Below, piece by piece: positions 1-9,750 of a DNA stretch of 64,000 nt (the stretch's first letter is position 1; the number at the start of each line of letters is the position of its first letter). Under the pieces are notes generated by a model. The model saw nothing but the letters and a program-made list of their open reading frames with translations, was not told the DNA's origin and searched no databases. A program made the translations under genes and the position numbers. The stretch is taken from the NCBI GenBank assembly GCA_016928555.1, contig JAFGKM010000033.1, positions 2,509-66,508 on the forward strand. Reading direction: 5' to 3'. The stretch comes from Candidatus Omnitrophota bacterium (GTDB taxonomy: Bacteria; Ratteibacteria; UBA8468; B48-G9; JAFGKM01).

Positions 1-2309
1 GGATGCTGCATGTCGCACAGGTAAGCGCGCAGCTGCCCGCCAATATTCTTTGATAACAGTTTTATCCCCGTAATCTCGCTCATTGCCTCATCTGACAAAC
101 CGTTTTCCGTTATATATCCCGGCGCATATATCCACAGTGCGGTGCGTCCCTTCTGCCTTATAACCCGCCTTATGGATTCTTTTTCCTTCTCATTGAGCGC
201 AAACGTGTCAAGGAAGATGTACAGTTTGTAATCCGGCATATTATCCAGGTCCTGAAGAATATAACTGTCAAACGGCGCTCCTATCTTGGGTATCTGCTCA
301 AAATACTGCTTTGTGAGCACCGGCACGGTGACAGCGTTTGATGAGCGCAGGTATGTTACGGAACGCTGGTTGACTATCACCGCTATCTCAGCATTGCGTT
401 TCCGGTCGCGGTTGAGCGCTTCCTTATGCAGGTCGGCCATCTGTGCTATTGAGGGCATAATATCCTTGTGTTCAAACCAGACATTTCCGAAGTCAAGATA
501 CCACAGCGGGATCCCTTCGCTGATGGTGTAAGCGGAATTACGTTTTAAGATATTGGTTGTTTCCCACAGATTTCTTGCCCTGCCGTATTCAGAGTCTTCG
601 GTTGAAAGATGCGTTCTTGTATCGTCTTCCAGAATATACGTCTTGCCATGCAGGCGGAAAGAAGCCACAGTGGTTATGGGAACGGTTGAACCGCCGGGAT
701 AACGCACCCTGTACTGGTAGGCAGAGCCGCTTCCGTCTATGTGGGGGATATCAAGGAACTTGTCCAGCGCCTGGTGCCCTCGCTGGCTGAAATTGATGCT
801 GGGCCACATGAAGTGATATCCGTAGTGCGCAAATACAATGACTCTTCCGCCGGTAACGCGCTTGATTATCCCTGACATGTACTCTATTGCGGATACAACG
901 CTCTCATCATTGAAGCGTATATAATCTCCTATCCTGTTTCCTTTTCCTGCCGGGTCAAAGAATTCAAACTTGTCGCCTGTCAGCCGGTCGGAAACAGCCG
1001 GTATATCGGCAGTTGCTATGGACGCTTTCCGGTTCCATGCCCTGGACAGCGCTTCGTCGGTTCCGTACTTTTCAGTCAGCCATTTTCTGAATTCCCTGGT
1101 ATTGGTGACGCCGTAGTCATGAAACCGGTTGCCTGACGGATGCTCCCATTCCGGACCGAAAGCGTAAAGCATGTTGTAGCCGATTACCCTGTCGGCGTAA
1201 TCCGACTCCTCAATATGTCTTATGACGGCTTCAAGAAATTCCCCCGTATCTTTTCGCCATTTCTCGGACGAAAAAGATGCATACCACAGTTGTCCGGAAC
1301 CTCCCGCCGAATCTTTCCATATGCACATTTCTGAAGGGTTTGCCGCAATCCACCAGTCCGGCGGATTAAACACAACCCTGCCGATGATGTAAGCATCCGG
1401 CGACGTTGCCAGAATACTGCGCATATCGCTGTCCAGTTTTTCAAAGTCATACTGGCCCGGGCCTTTCCATAAGCCAACCTGACCATACCTGCTTGCCTGT
1501 ATGGCCGGCAATGATATATTTACTCCGGCCGAGGCAAATGTGGGTATATCTCCGGCAAGCTGTGCTCCGCTCCAGTTCTCGGCGCGAGGTTCGGAGAAGT
1601 CATCATGTAAAAGGATCCTTCCGTCAAGGTCTGTCACCTTAACAAAATTTACCGAGGAGATACTGTGATAGGCGCTTATGGTAAGACTGGCAGGCGGCAA
1701 GGGATTTTCGTCTATTTTTTCTCCGACAAGAGTCCCGTTGGCATAGCCGGAGATTTTGCCGCTATTTACAACAAGTTTGAGATTGACAGTTTCGCCTGTT
1801 TTCCAGTTCAGGGGCAGGGTGAACCATTTATCAAATTGAGATGCGCCCGGATGAGCCTTCCATAAATGGACAACATTCACGTCTTTTTCCCTGGATAAAT
1901 GGAAAAAATAACAGCCGGCAGGTGAATAATTGACCCACAGCACTATATTATTGCCGGTTCCGTCAGCGGTGAATTCTTCTATCGCAACCTCCGCCTCCAG
2001 CATGAAACTGTTCCCGAAGGAATTCGTGGATTTGACGCATCGGGATGTCATGCCGTACGTGCCCGGCCGGTTCTGCAGTCTTAGTTTCCCCCCGGAAACA
2101 GCGGGAAGGTTCTCCGCTGACTTAAAAGCATGCGCCTCATGCATCAGCGCGGTTGAAGGCTTGCCATTGATGAAAATAGCAGGTGCGCCCTTCCATTCCT
2201 TAATCTCCGCCCTTGTTTTTCCTTCTCCTTTTGCGGCCGCGGCTGTCAGCATAGTCACCCCCAGCATAAGCGTTACGATATTCAAACCCGTCCGTTTGTT
2301 TCTCTTCAT
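1..2309 (-). CDS. Exported GH42-like (clan GH-A) glycoside hydrolase paralog A with inserted beta-sandwich domain; 3' end runs off the window
   Basis: Not in the ORF track; translated by hand. ATG at 2309 after an AGG/GGAG-rich RBS, signal-peptide-like N-terminus (MKRNKRTGLNIVTLMLGVTMLTAAAA), motifs GAPAIFINGKP, YAFGPEWEHP, LEDDTRTH, KRNSAY. Same frame at both ends and colinear with 6883-9624. Confidence 0.85.
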   Translation of the reverse strand, partial: MKRNKRTGLNIVTLMLGVTMLTAAAAKGEGKTRAEIKEWKGAPAIFINGKPSTALMHEAHAFKSAENLPAVSGGKLRLQNRPGTYGMTSRCVKSTNSFGNSFMLEAEVAIEEFTADGTGNNIVLWVNYSPAGCYFFHLSREKDVNVVHLWKAHPGASQFDKWFTLPLNWKTGETVNLKLVVNSGKISGYANGTLVGEKIDENPLPPASLTISAYHSISSVNFVKVTDLDGRILLHDDFSEPRAENWSGAQLAGDIPTFASAGVNISLPAIQASRYGQVGLWKGPGQYDFEKLDSDMRSILATSPDAYIIGRVVFNPPDWWIAANPSEMCIWKDSAGGSGQLWYASFSSEKWRKDTGEFLEAVIRHIEESDYADRVIGYNMLYAFGPEWEHPSGNRFHDYGVTNTREFRKWLTEKYGTDEALSRAWNRKASIATADIPAVSDRLTGDKFEFFDPAGKGNRIGDYIRFNDESVVSAIEYMSGIIKRVTGGRVIVFAHYGYHFMWPSINFSQRGHQALDKFLDIPHIDGSGSAYQYRVRYPGGSTVPITTVASFRLHGKTYILEDDTRTHLSTEDSEYGRARNLWETTNILKRNSAYTISEGIPLWYLDFGNVWFEHKDIMPSIAQMADLHKEALNRDRKRNAEIAVIVNQRSVTYLRSSNAVTVPVLTKQYFEQIPKIGAPFDSYILQDLDNMPDYKLYIFLDTFALNEKEKESIRRVIRQKGRTALWIYAPGYITENGLSDEAMSEITGIKLLSKNIGGQLRAYLCDMQH

Positions 2310-2325
2310 TTTCCTCCCCCGTTTT

Positions 2326-2381
2326 AGAAAAAAGCCCCCTGCACGTTTATCATTAACTGCTCTTGCTTTTCTGCAGGGGGC
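2326..2381 (-). terminator. Intrinsic terminator-like hairpin between DUF1559-A and GH paralog A
   Basis: 10-bp stem GCCCCCTGCA (2334-2343) / TGCAGGGGGC (2372-2381) with 28-nt loop, followed on the minus strand by a T-run. Confidence 0.5.
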
Positions 2382-2386
2382 GGGTA

Positions 2387-3178
2387 TTACTCGAAATCCC
2401 AGAGGTTGTTCACGTTGCCGATACTTGTTGCTCCGCCCGCAAAAGGATAATGCAGGTAAGGGTTATTTGTTGATGTATAGGACTGGCAGCTCTTTGGTAC
2501 CGGAAGCGAATGCACAGAGGCATGGGCGTCGGCCCACAGGACGCAAACGGAACTGTTATGTCTTCCGTCAACACATCCGTTGTAGCTGTTGCGGACCCAC
2601 CACGGCCCTACGATATAATACCCGTACACTCCAACTGTGGTATCGTGATTCAAAGTGCTATCAGTAACAATTATCGTCTCGGACGGCCTCTTGATCCTGG
2701 GATATCTTACGGAGGAGTAATACCTTTCAATTGCAGGCGTGCCGCTCGGCTTCCAGTAAGCGGCTCCGATGTAGTAATGGTTGTAGCCGTAATGGCAATA
2801 CCATTTTCCTGAACTGCTTGTCCATGGCCTCTTGGCGTAGGATATTGTAAATTCATTTGAAGGACAATAGTAAATGGCCTCGCCCGGAAGATATTGCAGT
2901 TTTACCATCCTTGAATGCCATCCGATTGCAGGAGTATCTCCGCCCGTTTGCATATTCGGCATATAATCCATGTTGTCCTGTACGTACATCATAAAGGCCA
3001 GTCCCATCTGTTTCAGGTTGTTTATGCATACCGCCTGCCTTGCTTTTTCCCTTGCCTGTGACAGCGCCGGAAGAAGCATCGCCGCCAGAATGGCTATAAT
3101 GGCTACAACCACCAGAAGTTCTATAAGAGTGAAACCTCTGCCTCCAGCAAGTTTTCTGCGGATAGATTTTCTTTCCAT
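2387..3178 (-). CDS. DUF1559 prepilin-type N-terminal cleavage/methylation protein A
   Basis: G|[42 protein letters not shown]-terminal H-X9-DG-like [14 protein letters not shown]; start moved to 3178 (AAGGAGG RBS). Confidence 0.92.
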   Translation of the reverse strand: MERKSIRRKLAGGRGFTLIELLVVVAIIAILAAMLLPALSQAREKARQAVCINNLKQMGLAFMMYVQDNMDYMPNMQTGGDTPAIGWHSRMVKLQYLPGEAIYYCPSNEFTISYAKRPWTSSSGKWYCHYGYNHYYIGAAYWKPSGTPAIERYYSSVRYPRIKRPSETIIVTDSTLNHDTTVGVYGYYIVGPWWVRNSYNGCVDGRHNSSVCVLWADAHASVHSLPVPKSCQSYTSTNNPYLHYPFAGGATSIGNVNNLWDFE

Positions 3179-3237
3179 TTGCTTTCCCTCCTTTTCAATT
3201 TTTCGAAATCGCATACGCCAACTGTCATCCCAACTTT

Positions 3238-3266
3238 CTTATAACATATTTCTTTTAATTTGTCAA
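3238..3266 (-). promoter_or_regulatory. sigma70 promoter for DUF1559-A / GH-A unit
   Basis: TTGACA-N17-TATAAG with extended -10 TG on the minus strand. Confidence 0.7.
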
Positions 3267-3386
3267 GGCTTTTACAAAGCTTTTATAAAAATCGTTTTCG
3301 AATGAACAAAAAATCTTTCAGTAAAATTAAATATTTCTTTTTTTGCCTTTTGCCGGTTCAATCAGAAAGCCCCTGTTTTTTATATT

Positions 3387-5906
3387 TCAAAGGATTTCAA
3401 CATTCCGTTTACGTATTCCTGATAAAGGCAGTTTCAGAGCCTTCCCGAAGCCGACAGGATGCTGGAACGGCAGGCATTGCGAAAAGCGCACGGGGCATTT
3501 TTTGCAGGCAACGGCGTTTCTTGACAGGTCCTCGTAACCCGCAACCCACGCGGAAATTTCAGTTCCTGTTTCAGAGACGCCTTCCAGCGTGAGCCATATG
3601 CCGAACTGTCCCCCGTACGGTATGCGTGCGGAGAAATATCTTTCACCTTTGTTTATAGGAAAATCCATATTCCTCTTTTCTCCGTAGCCCGGGATTCCGG
3701 CGGAGATGGCTGTAACCGGCAGGAGATATTCGGATGTGCCGTCCATGGACCTTGATATGACTGCGCGCACTTTTATATCTGATTTTTCTTTAGCTTTTAT
3801 GCAGAACTGCAATTCGGAATCCTTCATTTTGTACGGTATCTCCAGCCGCCACATGTATTGAACGCCGTTGGGAAGTTTTTTCTTTTCCGCCGCCGCGCAT
3901 TTCATGGAATTAATTCGCTGTAAGGGATGAACCATCGGCTGTACTGATTTTGTAACTGTTGCGGAAGCGGGGAAGTAGCTCAAAAAATCCTTTCCTTTCT
4001 TCTTTACCATATACGGCAGGCTGTAAGGTTTTTTCCGTTTAACGGAAAAAAATATCACAATCTTTATCTCGTTGGCGAGGAAAGTGATACCTTTTTCCGG
4101 TTTAAGCGTCTCATAGCAGGGATAAAATTGTTCCGTGCTTTTGACTCTGTGGATTTCAATGTCTGACGGATTGAATTTGACGGTCTGCGGCACGGGGAGA
4201 GGGTTTCTCAATATGCACCATGATTCTTCTTTGCCCGGCTGGAGGAATCCGTACACCTCTCCGCGGCCGGGGTGTCCCAGTATCATCCTGCCGTGCGGCA
4301 CGAAGATGTGTTTTGCGTAAGTGCGACAGAATTCCATAACCTGTTTCAAGCTCTCCGCCTGCCAGTCCTCAAGGGCTTCAGGCGTTAAGGTATAGGCGAT
4401 TTGAGTACTGCCCCGCATGCAGTGCATCCATGCGGTATTGACCCAGGAAGCGGGGTCTTCGGGATAAGGGTTCTGGAGTGCGTTCGGAAACTTGAAATTA
4501 TCGAGGCAATCAAGCGGCAGGGGCGTTTTATCCCGCTGAAAAATGTTGTAGTACATCAGGTCCCTGTGGGTGGTGGATGCGGCGCGCTGCGTCCTGCCGG
4601 GAAGCGAACTGAATTCGGAATCCCCCGAATCCGAAAGATGGATATGGCTTGCATGCGGCATCCACCATGGCGAAGGCCACCAGCCGTTGCGCGTTACAAT
4701 CGCAGGGTTAATCTTCCGCAGTTCTGCGGCGATGCGGAAAAAGACATTCAGCGTCGCCTGCCTTACATGGTTCCGGGTAGGATATATTTCGTTAAACTTC
4801 TCATTGGTCGCGCAGTCATTGTCCCAGTCTATCTTGAGGTGTTTTACCTTCACTCTACGCACAAGTTCGCAAAATCTCTTCTCCACGGCTTTTGAAAACC
4901 TGCCGTCCATCATAACCCCGAAGCCGTCTCCGCTGTAAGTGGAGCTGTTGCCTGCGCCCGTTTCAAAACCCTGTTTTTTCATATATTCGGTTGCAATGCC
5001 CATAGGCCCGTTGTGGCTGACCCACAGACTCAACCCGCTTTTGTTTTTTTCCGCAAGTTTGCGCAATTTTATAAGACCGGCATCGCCTCCGACTTCTTTT
5101 TTCGCCTTAAAAATGCTCATCCTGTCCTGCCATCCGGCATCCAGCGTAAACAGGTCGGGCTTCAGACCGAGAGAAAAAAATGCCTTGAAATACATCTCGT
5201 AAACTTCATAGGAAGTCAGATAGCTGTACATGTTTTCATTATCTCTCGGGTCGGACCAGAACGTGCAGAAGATGAAAAGCGGTTTTTTGAGCAGGGGCAG
5301 GCGTATGGAGTCAAGATATTCGTCAAAGGTTTCGCGTGCGTTTTCTCCCCAGCCGAAGACTGCGGATACCTCTTGGAGCTTATTACCGTTCCAGACGGGA
5401 TGATGTACCAGCCGAAATTCCTCTTTATTGGATGAAAGGCGGTTGAATCCTGCCGGATGCTCCAGTCCCGTAAAGAAATGTTTTCCAATCAGCGGGTAGC
5501 CGCATCCCGGCATCGTTGCCGCCATGTCGGATTCGGAAAGGGTTGTCGGAATGTAGCCGCATGAACGCATATCGTCCGGGGGAATAACCTGCCGGTCAAC
5601 CTCCGCAAAATCAGGCGTGGGAAGTTTTTTCCCTGAGGAAACGGAGACGTTTTTTATAAACCATGAATTTTTTGAAAGGGTAATTGCTACGGTAAAAAGG
5701 AGCCCGTTTTCCTCAAAAGACTGGGAAATCCTGTTTTTTGAAACTGCTGGTTTGTCCAGCGGCACCGTCGGAGAAATCTTTTTCCCCCCTGTGGAGACGG
5801 ATACCGCCGGCCAGTCCATTTGAATTGTTTGCGACAACTTTTTATTGTGTACTGATAATTTACTGCCGTTTAACGAGATTGACAAATACGTGTTTTCTAT
5901 CTCCAT
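3387..5906 (-). CDS. Hypothetical glycoside hydrolase, clan GH-D-like (GH27/GH36 alpha-galactosidase-type barrel)
   Basis: 839-aa ORF; LFTLDAGWQD and HLKIDWD resemble the DDGW and KxD nucleophile motifs of clan GH-D. Confidence 0.6.
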   Translation of the reverse strand: MEIENTYLSISLNGSKLSVHNKKLSQTIQMDWPAVSVSTGGKKISPTVPLDKPAVSKNRISQSFEENGLLFTVAITLSKNSWFIKNVSVSSGKKLPTPDFAEVDRQVIPPDDMRSCGYIPTTLSESDMAATMPGCGYPLIGKHFFTGLEHPAGFNRLSSNKEEFRLVHHPVWNGNKLQEVSAVFGWGENARETFDEYLDSIRLPLLKKPLFIFCTFWSDPRDNENMYSYLTSYEVYEMYFKAFFSLGLKPDLFTLDAGWQDRMSIFKAKKEVGGDAGLIKLRKLAEKNKSGLSLWVSHNGPMGIATEYMKKQGFETGAGNSSTYSGDGFGVMMDGRFSKAVEKRFCELVRRVKVKHLKIDWDNDCATNEKFNEIYPTRNHVRQATLNVFFRIAAELRKINPAIVTRNGWWPSPWWMPHASHIHLSDSGDSEFSSLPGRTQRAASTTHRDLMYYNIFQRDKTPLPLDCLDNFKFPNALQNPYPEDPASWVNTAWMHCMRGSTQIAYTLTPEALEDWQAESLKQVMEFCRTYAKHIFVPHGRMILGHPGRGEVYGFLQPGKEESWCILRNPLPVPQTVKFNPSDIEIHRVKSTEQFYPCYETLKPEKGITFLANEIKIVIFFSVKRKKPYSLPYMVKKKGKDFLSYFPASATVTKSVQPMVHPLQRINSMKCAAAEKKKLPNGVQYMWRLEIPYKMKDSELQFCIKAKEKSDIKVRAVISRSMDGTSEYLLPVTAISAGIPGYGEKRNMDFPINKGERYFSARIPYGGQFGIWLTLEGVSETGTEISAWVAGYEDLSRNAVACKKCPVRFSQCLPFQHPVGFGKALKLPLSGIRKRNVEIL

Positions 5907-5928
5907 ATTAATGTTCCCGATTTAATTT

Positions 5929-6864
5929 TTATATCTGTTTTATGCAGGCGTCCGCTATCTCTGATAATGACCCCGTTGCAAGGCAGATACATTTATCCGC
6001 CCCCCCGTAGTACAAACGCAGTTCGTCTTTTTCCCCATCGGCTATCGCCCCGCATGCAAAAACCACATTATTGCTGACCCCGTTTATCTCATAATCCTTT
6101 TCCGGCGTCAACAGATAACTGATAGTTTTTCCTATTATCCTGCATGGATTTTCAATGTCCAGAAGAACAGCTCCGAGGCTGTAAAAATCAATACCTAAGG
6201 TTGTCCTGACGCCGTGAATAATGACCAGCCATCCTTTATCCGTCTTAATGGGCGGTGTAGGTCCTATCTTCTCACCTGCCCATCTTGTGTATCCAGGCGC
6301 AAGAAGAGGGCGGTAGCATCCCCAGTGTATCAGGTCGGGGGAGGAAGAGAGCCAGATGGAGCCGAACCCCCTTCCTGCCCGGGGACGGTCCAGTTTATAA
6401 TACTTGCCGCCGATTTTCTCGGGGAAAAGGGACGCTCCGCGGTTTTGCGGCAGGGTGATAATCTCAATTACCTCATAAGATTTGAAATCTTTTGTTTTTC
6501 CCAAAACGGTGCAGGGCACATCGTATTTCGCCGTGCCGACAGGTGTTAGAATATAGTAGGTATCGCCTATCTTTGTCACGCGGTTGTCAATAATGTGCTG
6601 GTTGACAATGTCATACGGGAACGGCTTATCGGCAAGGTTGATGAAGGAGCGGTCGTCAATTTTAAAGTGTATGCCGTCTTCGCTCTCGGCAACGCGAGTT
6701 TCCCCTCCCATGCTATTAAAGAAGCACATGGAAAGCAATAACACGGTCTTGTTTTTATACATCGCCGGACTTGGATTGAAAATCTGCGACACTCCGGGAT
6801 AATCCTCGGGTTTTATGAGAGGATTTGCGGGATGCCTTTTCAACATCTTCGTCGCGTCTTTCAT
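5929..6864 (-). CDS. GH130 family glycosidase/phosphorylase (DUF377)
   Basis: IFNPSP, DNRVTKI, KIGPTPPIKTDKGWLVIIHGV, NVVFACG, LYYGGAD motifs. Confidence 0.9.
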   Translation of the reverse strand: MKDATKMLKRHPANPLIKPEDYPGVSQIFNPSPAMYKNKTVLLLSMCFFNSMGGETRVAESEDGIHFKIDDRSFINLADKPFPYDIVNQHIIDNRVTKIGDTYYILTPVGTAKYDVPCTVLGKTKDFKSYEVIEIITLPQNRGASLFPEKIGGKYYKLDRPRAGRGFGSIWLSSSPDLIHWGCYRPLLAPGYTRWAGEKIGPTPPIKTDKGWLVIIHGVRTTLGIDFYSLGAVLLDIENPCRIIGKTISYLLTPEKDYEINGVSNNVVFACGAIADGEKDELRLYYGGADKCICLATGSLSEIADACIKQI

Positions 6865-6882
6865 TTCATGGCCTCCGGGCTG

Positions 6883-9624
6883 TTATTCCAGCCACCACAT
6901 CTTAGTTTCATATTGTTTCAGTTCGGTGTCAAAAGAGTCCGTTTTTTCCGATATCACTTCTCCAGTGAATGCGTCCACAACCCTGGCGGGCTTGGGCAGT
7001 TTTATCGTCCGCTTGCCTGCATAAGCCGCATGTATGGATACCATGGAATTGTTGGTGCACAGGAAGTCATTTCCTTCGCTGTATATATGAACTCCTGCAT
7101 ACCTGGCAATACCGCGCAAAAGGTCGGCAGGCATATCCGGCACACCGCACCAGACAGAACGCCAGTTTTCAAACTCCTTCACGGCCAGCCCTGTATCATA
7201 TTCCACGCCCCATCTTTCGTATCCCCTGCTGTTAAGGACAGGAGATGCGTGCAGCATGCCCAGTATTCTGGCATCCTTATCCCTGCTGGTGATAATCGGG
7301 CCTATTGGTTCCTGTGTTTCCCACTCCAGCCCCGGGGAACAATCGGCGGTTATGGGATGCTGCATGTCGCACAGGTAAGCGCGCAGCTGGCCGCCTATGT
7401 CCTTTGACAGCAGTTTTATGCCGGTAATCTCGCTCATCGCCTCGTCTGATAAACCGTCTTCCGTTATATAGCCCGGCGCATATATCCACAGTGCAGTGCG
7501 TCCCTTTTGTCTCACAACGCGCCTTATGGATTCTTTTTCCTTCTCATTGAGCGCAAACGTGTCAAGGAAGATGTATAGTTTGTAATCCGGCATATTGTCC
7601 ATGTCCTGCAGCAGGTAACTGTCAAACGGCGCTCCTATCTTGGGTATCTGCTCAAAATACTGCTTTGTGAGCACCGGCACGGTGACAGCGTTTGACGAGC
7701 GCAGGTATGTCACGGAGCGCTGGTTGACTATCACGGCTATCTCGGCGTTGCGCCGCCGGTCCTTTTTCAGCGCCTCTTTGTGAAGTTCGGCCGTCTTTGC
7801 AACCGAGGGCATAACTTCAGGATGTTCGTACCACCTTAGGCCGAAATCAAGGTACCATAACGGTATCCCTTCGCTTATCGCATATGCTGAGTTGCGCTTT
7901 AATACATTGTCGGTCTCCCACTGTGTTTTTGTCCTTCCGTATTCCTGGTCTTCCGTGGATATATGCGTTCTCGTATCATCTTCCAGAAGATATGTCTTCC
8001 CGCGCAGGCGGAAGGAAGCCACCGTGGTTATGGGAACGGTGGAGCCGCCGGGATAGCGCACCCTGTACTGGTAAGCCGACCCGCTGCCGTCAATATACGG
8101 GATATTCAGAAACCTGTCCAGCGCCTGGTGCCCCCGCTGGCTGAAATTGATGCTGGGCCACATGAAATGATACCCGTAATGCGCAAAGACAAGGACCCTG
8201 TCGCCGGTAACGCGCTTTATTATCCCGGACATATGTTCTATCGCGGATACAACGCTCTCGTCATTAAACCTTATGTAATCTCCTATCCTGTTTCCTTTGC
8301 CTGCCGGATTGAAGAATTCAAACTTGTCGCCTGTCAGCCGGTCGGATACCTCGGGGATATTCGCGGCTGCTATGGATGCCTCCTGTTTCCATGCCTTTGA
8401 CAGCGCCTTGTCGGTCCCGTACTTTTCAGCCAGCCATTTCCTGAATTCTTTTGTGTTGGTTATTCCGTAGTCGTGGAAGCGGTTGCCTGAAGGATGCTCC
8501 CACTCCGGTCCGGAGGCGTAAAGCATGTTATAGCCGATTACCCTGTCGGCGTAATCCGATTCCTCAATATGCCTTATGATGTCCTCCAGCGCTTTTCCCG
8601 TATCATTCCGCCACTTTTCAGAAGGGAAGGAAGCATATTTCAAAGCGCCTGAATTGCCCGCCGCATCCCTCCACACGCACATCTCCGAAGGATTTGCCTC
8701 AATCCACCATGCGGGCGGAAGAAGTCTGACTCTCCCTATGAGGAATGTGCCGGCAGTTCCTTCCTGAAGAAGTCTCCGCATATAAAGGTCCAGCTCTTTG
8801 AAATTATATTTGTCCGGACCCTGCCAGAGAGATTCAAACCTTATCTGCGGCATGGCTATATCCAGAGCGGAAGAAAAAAGAGGGAAAGGGTTGGTCAGGT
8901 TGGCGCCGCTCCAGTTTTCGGCACGCGGCGCTGAAAAATCGTCTTGGAAAATGATGCTTCCGTCGGGAGCGGTGACCTTTATGAAATTTACGGTTGAAAC
9001 AGTGTGATATACGCTTATGGTGAGTGGAGCGGGGGGGAGCGGCTTGTCGTCCTGCTTTTCGCCTACAAGCGTTCCGTTGGCATAGCCGGTTATTTTGCCT
9101 TCGTTTACTACAAGCTTGAGGTTTACCGGCTCGCCCGGCTCCCAGTTGACGGGAGCCGAGAACCACTTATAAAAGTCATTTGCTCCGGGATGCGCCTTCC
9201 AGAGGTTGACGACATTTCCTTCCTTTTCCCTGCACAGGTGGAAGAAATAACAGCCTTCGCCGGAATTGTTGATCCAGAATGCGATATTGTTGTTCAGTCC
9301 CTCGCTGGTAAACTCGTCAACCGTGACTTCTGCTTCAATCGTGAAGTTTTTTCCAAAAGAATCCGTAGATTTGACGGAACGGCCGCCGTAGTAACCCGGG
9401 CGGTTTTGAAGGTGCAGGCTTCCTTCCGCCACATTGGTCAAAGAGACGGGCTGTGCCTCATACATCAGCCCGGTTACCGGCTTGCCGTTTATGAAGATGG
9501 CGGGCGCACCGTTCAGCTCCTTTATCTCTGCCATTGTTTCCCCCTCGCCGGTGACTGCCGCGCATGAAGCGAGAAAAAACACCCCAAGCATAGCCGGCAG
9601 AACCTTGAAAATATTTTTATCCAT
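6883..9624 (-). CDS. GH42-like (clan GH-A) glycoside hydrolase paralog B, predicted lipoprotein, beta-galactosidase trimerisation-like C-terminus
   Basis: Lipobox-like FLASC; YASGPEWEHP, LEDDTRTH; C-terminal ARYAGVHIY motif typical of these proteins. Confidence 0.8.
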   Translation of the reverse strand: MDKNIFKVLPAMLGVFFLASCAAVTGEGETMAEIKELNGAPAIFINGKPVTGLMYEAQPVSLTNVAEGSLHLQNRPGYYGGRSVKSTDSFGKNFTIEAEVTVDEFTSEGLNNNIAFWINNSGEGCYFFHLCREKEGNVVNLWKAHPGANDFYKWFSAPVNWEPGEPVNLKLVVNEGKITGYANGTLVGEKQDDKPLPPAPLTISVYHTVSTVNFIKVTAPDGSIIFQDDFSAPRAENWSGANLTNPFPLFSSALDIAMPQIRFESLWQGPDKYNFKELDLYMRRLLQEGTAGTFLIGRVRLLPPAWWIEANPSEMCVWRDAAGNSGALKYASFPSEKWRNDTGKALEDIIRHIEESDYADRVIGYNMLYASGPEWEHPSGNRFHDYGITNTKEFRKWLAEKYGTDKALSKAWKQEASIAAANIPEVSDRLTGDKFEFFNPAGKGNRIGDYIRFNDESVVSAIEHMSGIIKRVTGDRVLVFAHYGYHFMWPSINFSQRGHQALDRFLNIPYIDGSGSAYQYRVRYPGGSTVPITTVASFRLRGKTYLLEDDTRTHISTEDQEYGRTKTQWETDNVLKRNSAYAISEGIPLWYLDFGLRWYEHPEVMPSVAKTAELHKEALKKDRRRNAEIAVIVNQRSVTYLRSSNAVTVPVLTKQYFEQIPKIGAPFDSYLLQDMDNMPDYKLYIFLDTFALNEKEKESIRRVVRQKGRTALWIYAPGYITEDGLSDEAMSEITGIKLLSKDIGGQLRAYLCDMQHPITADCSPGLEWETQEPIGPIITSRDKDARILGMLHASPVLNSRGYERWGVEYDTGLAVKEFENWRSVWCGVPDMPADLLRGIARYAGVHIYSEGNDFLCTNNSMVSIHAAYAGKRTIKLPKPARVVDAFTGEVISEKTDSFDTELKQYETKMWWLE

Positions 9625-9676
9625 AAAGGACTCCTTTTTCCGCCAGAGGTTTTTACGATTGCAGTGTGGACGTTAA

Positions 9677-9710
9677 ACAAAAGCGCCACCGTCAAAGATG
9701 GCGCTTTTGT
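9677..9710 (-). terminator. Intrinsic (possibly bidirectional) terminator between DUF1559-B and GH paralog B
   Basis: ACAAAAGCGCCA-N10-TGGCGCTTTTGT 12-bp stem with A/T tracts on both sides. Confidence 0.75.
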
Positions 9711-9750
9711 CTAAATGATACTACCTTTCCCTCAAATATGCAATGTCAGA

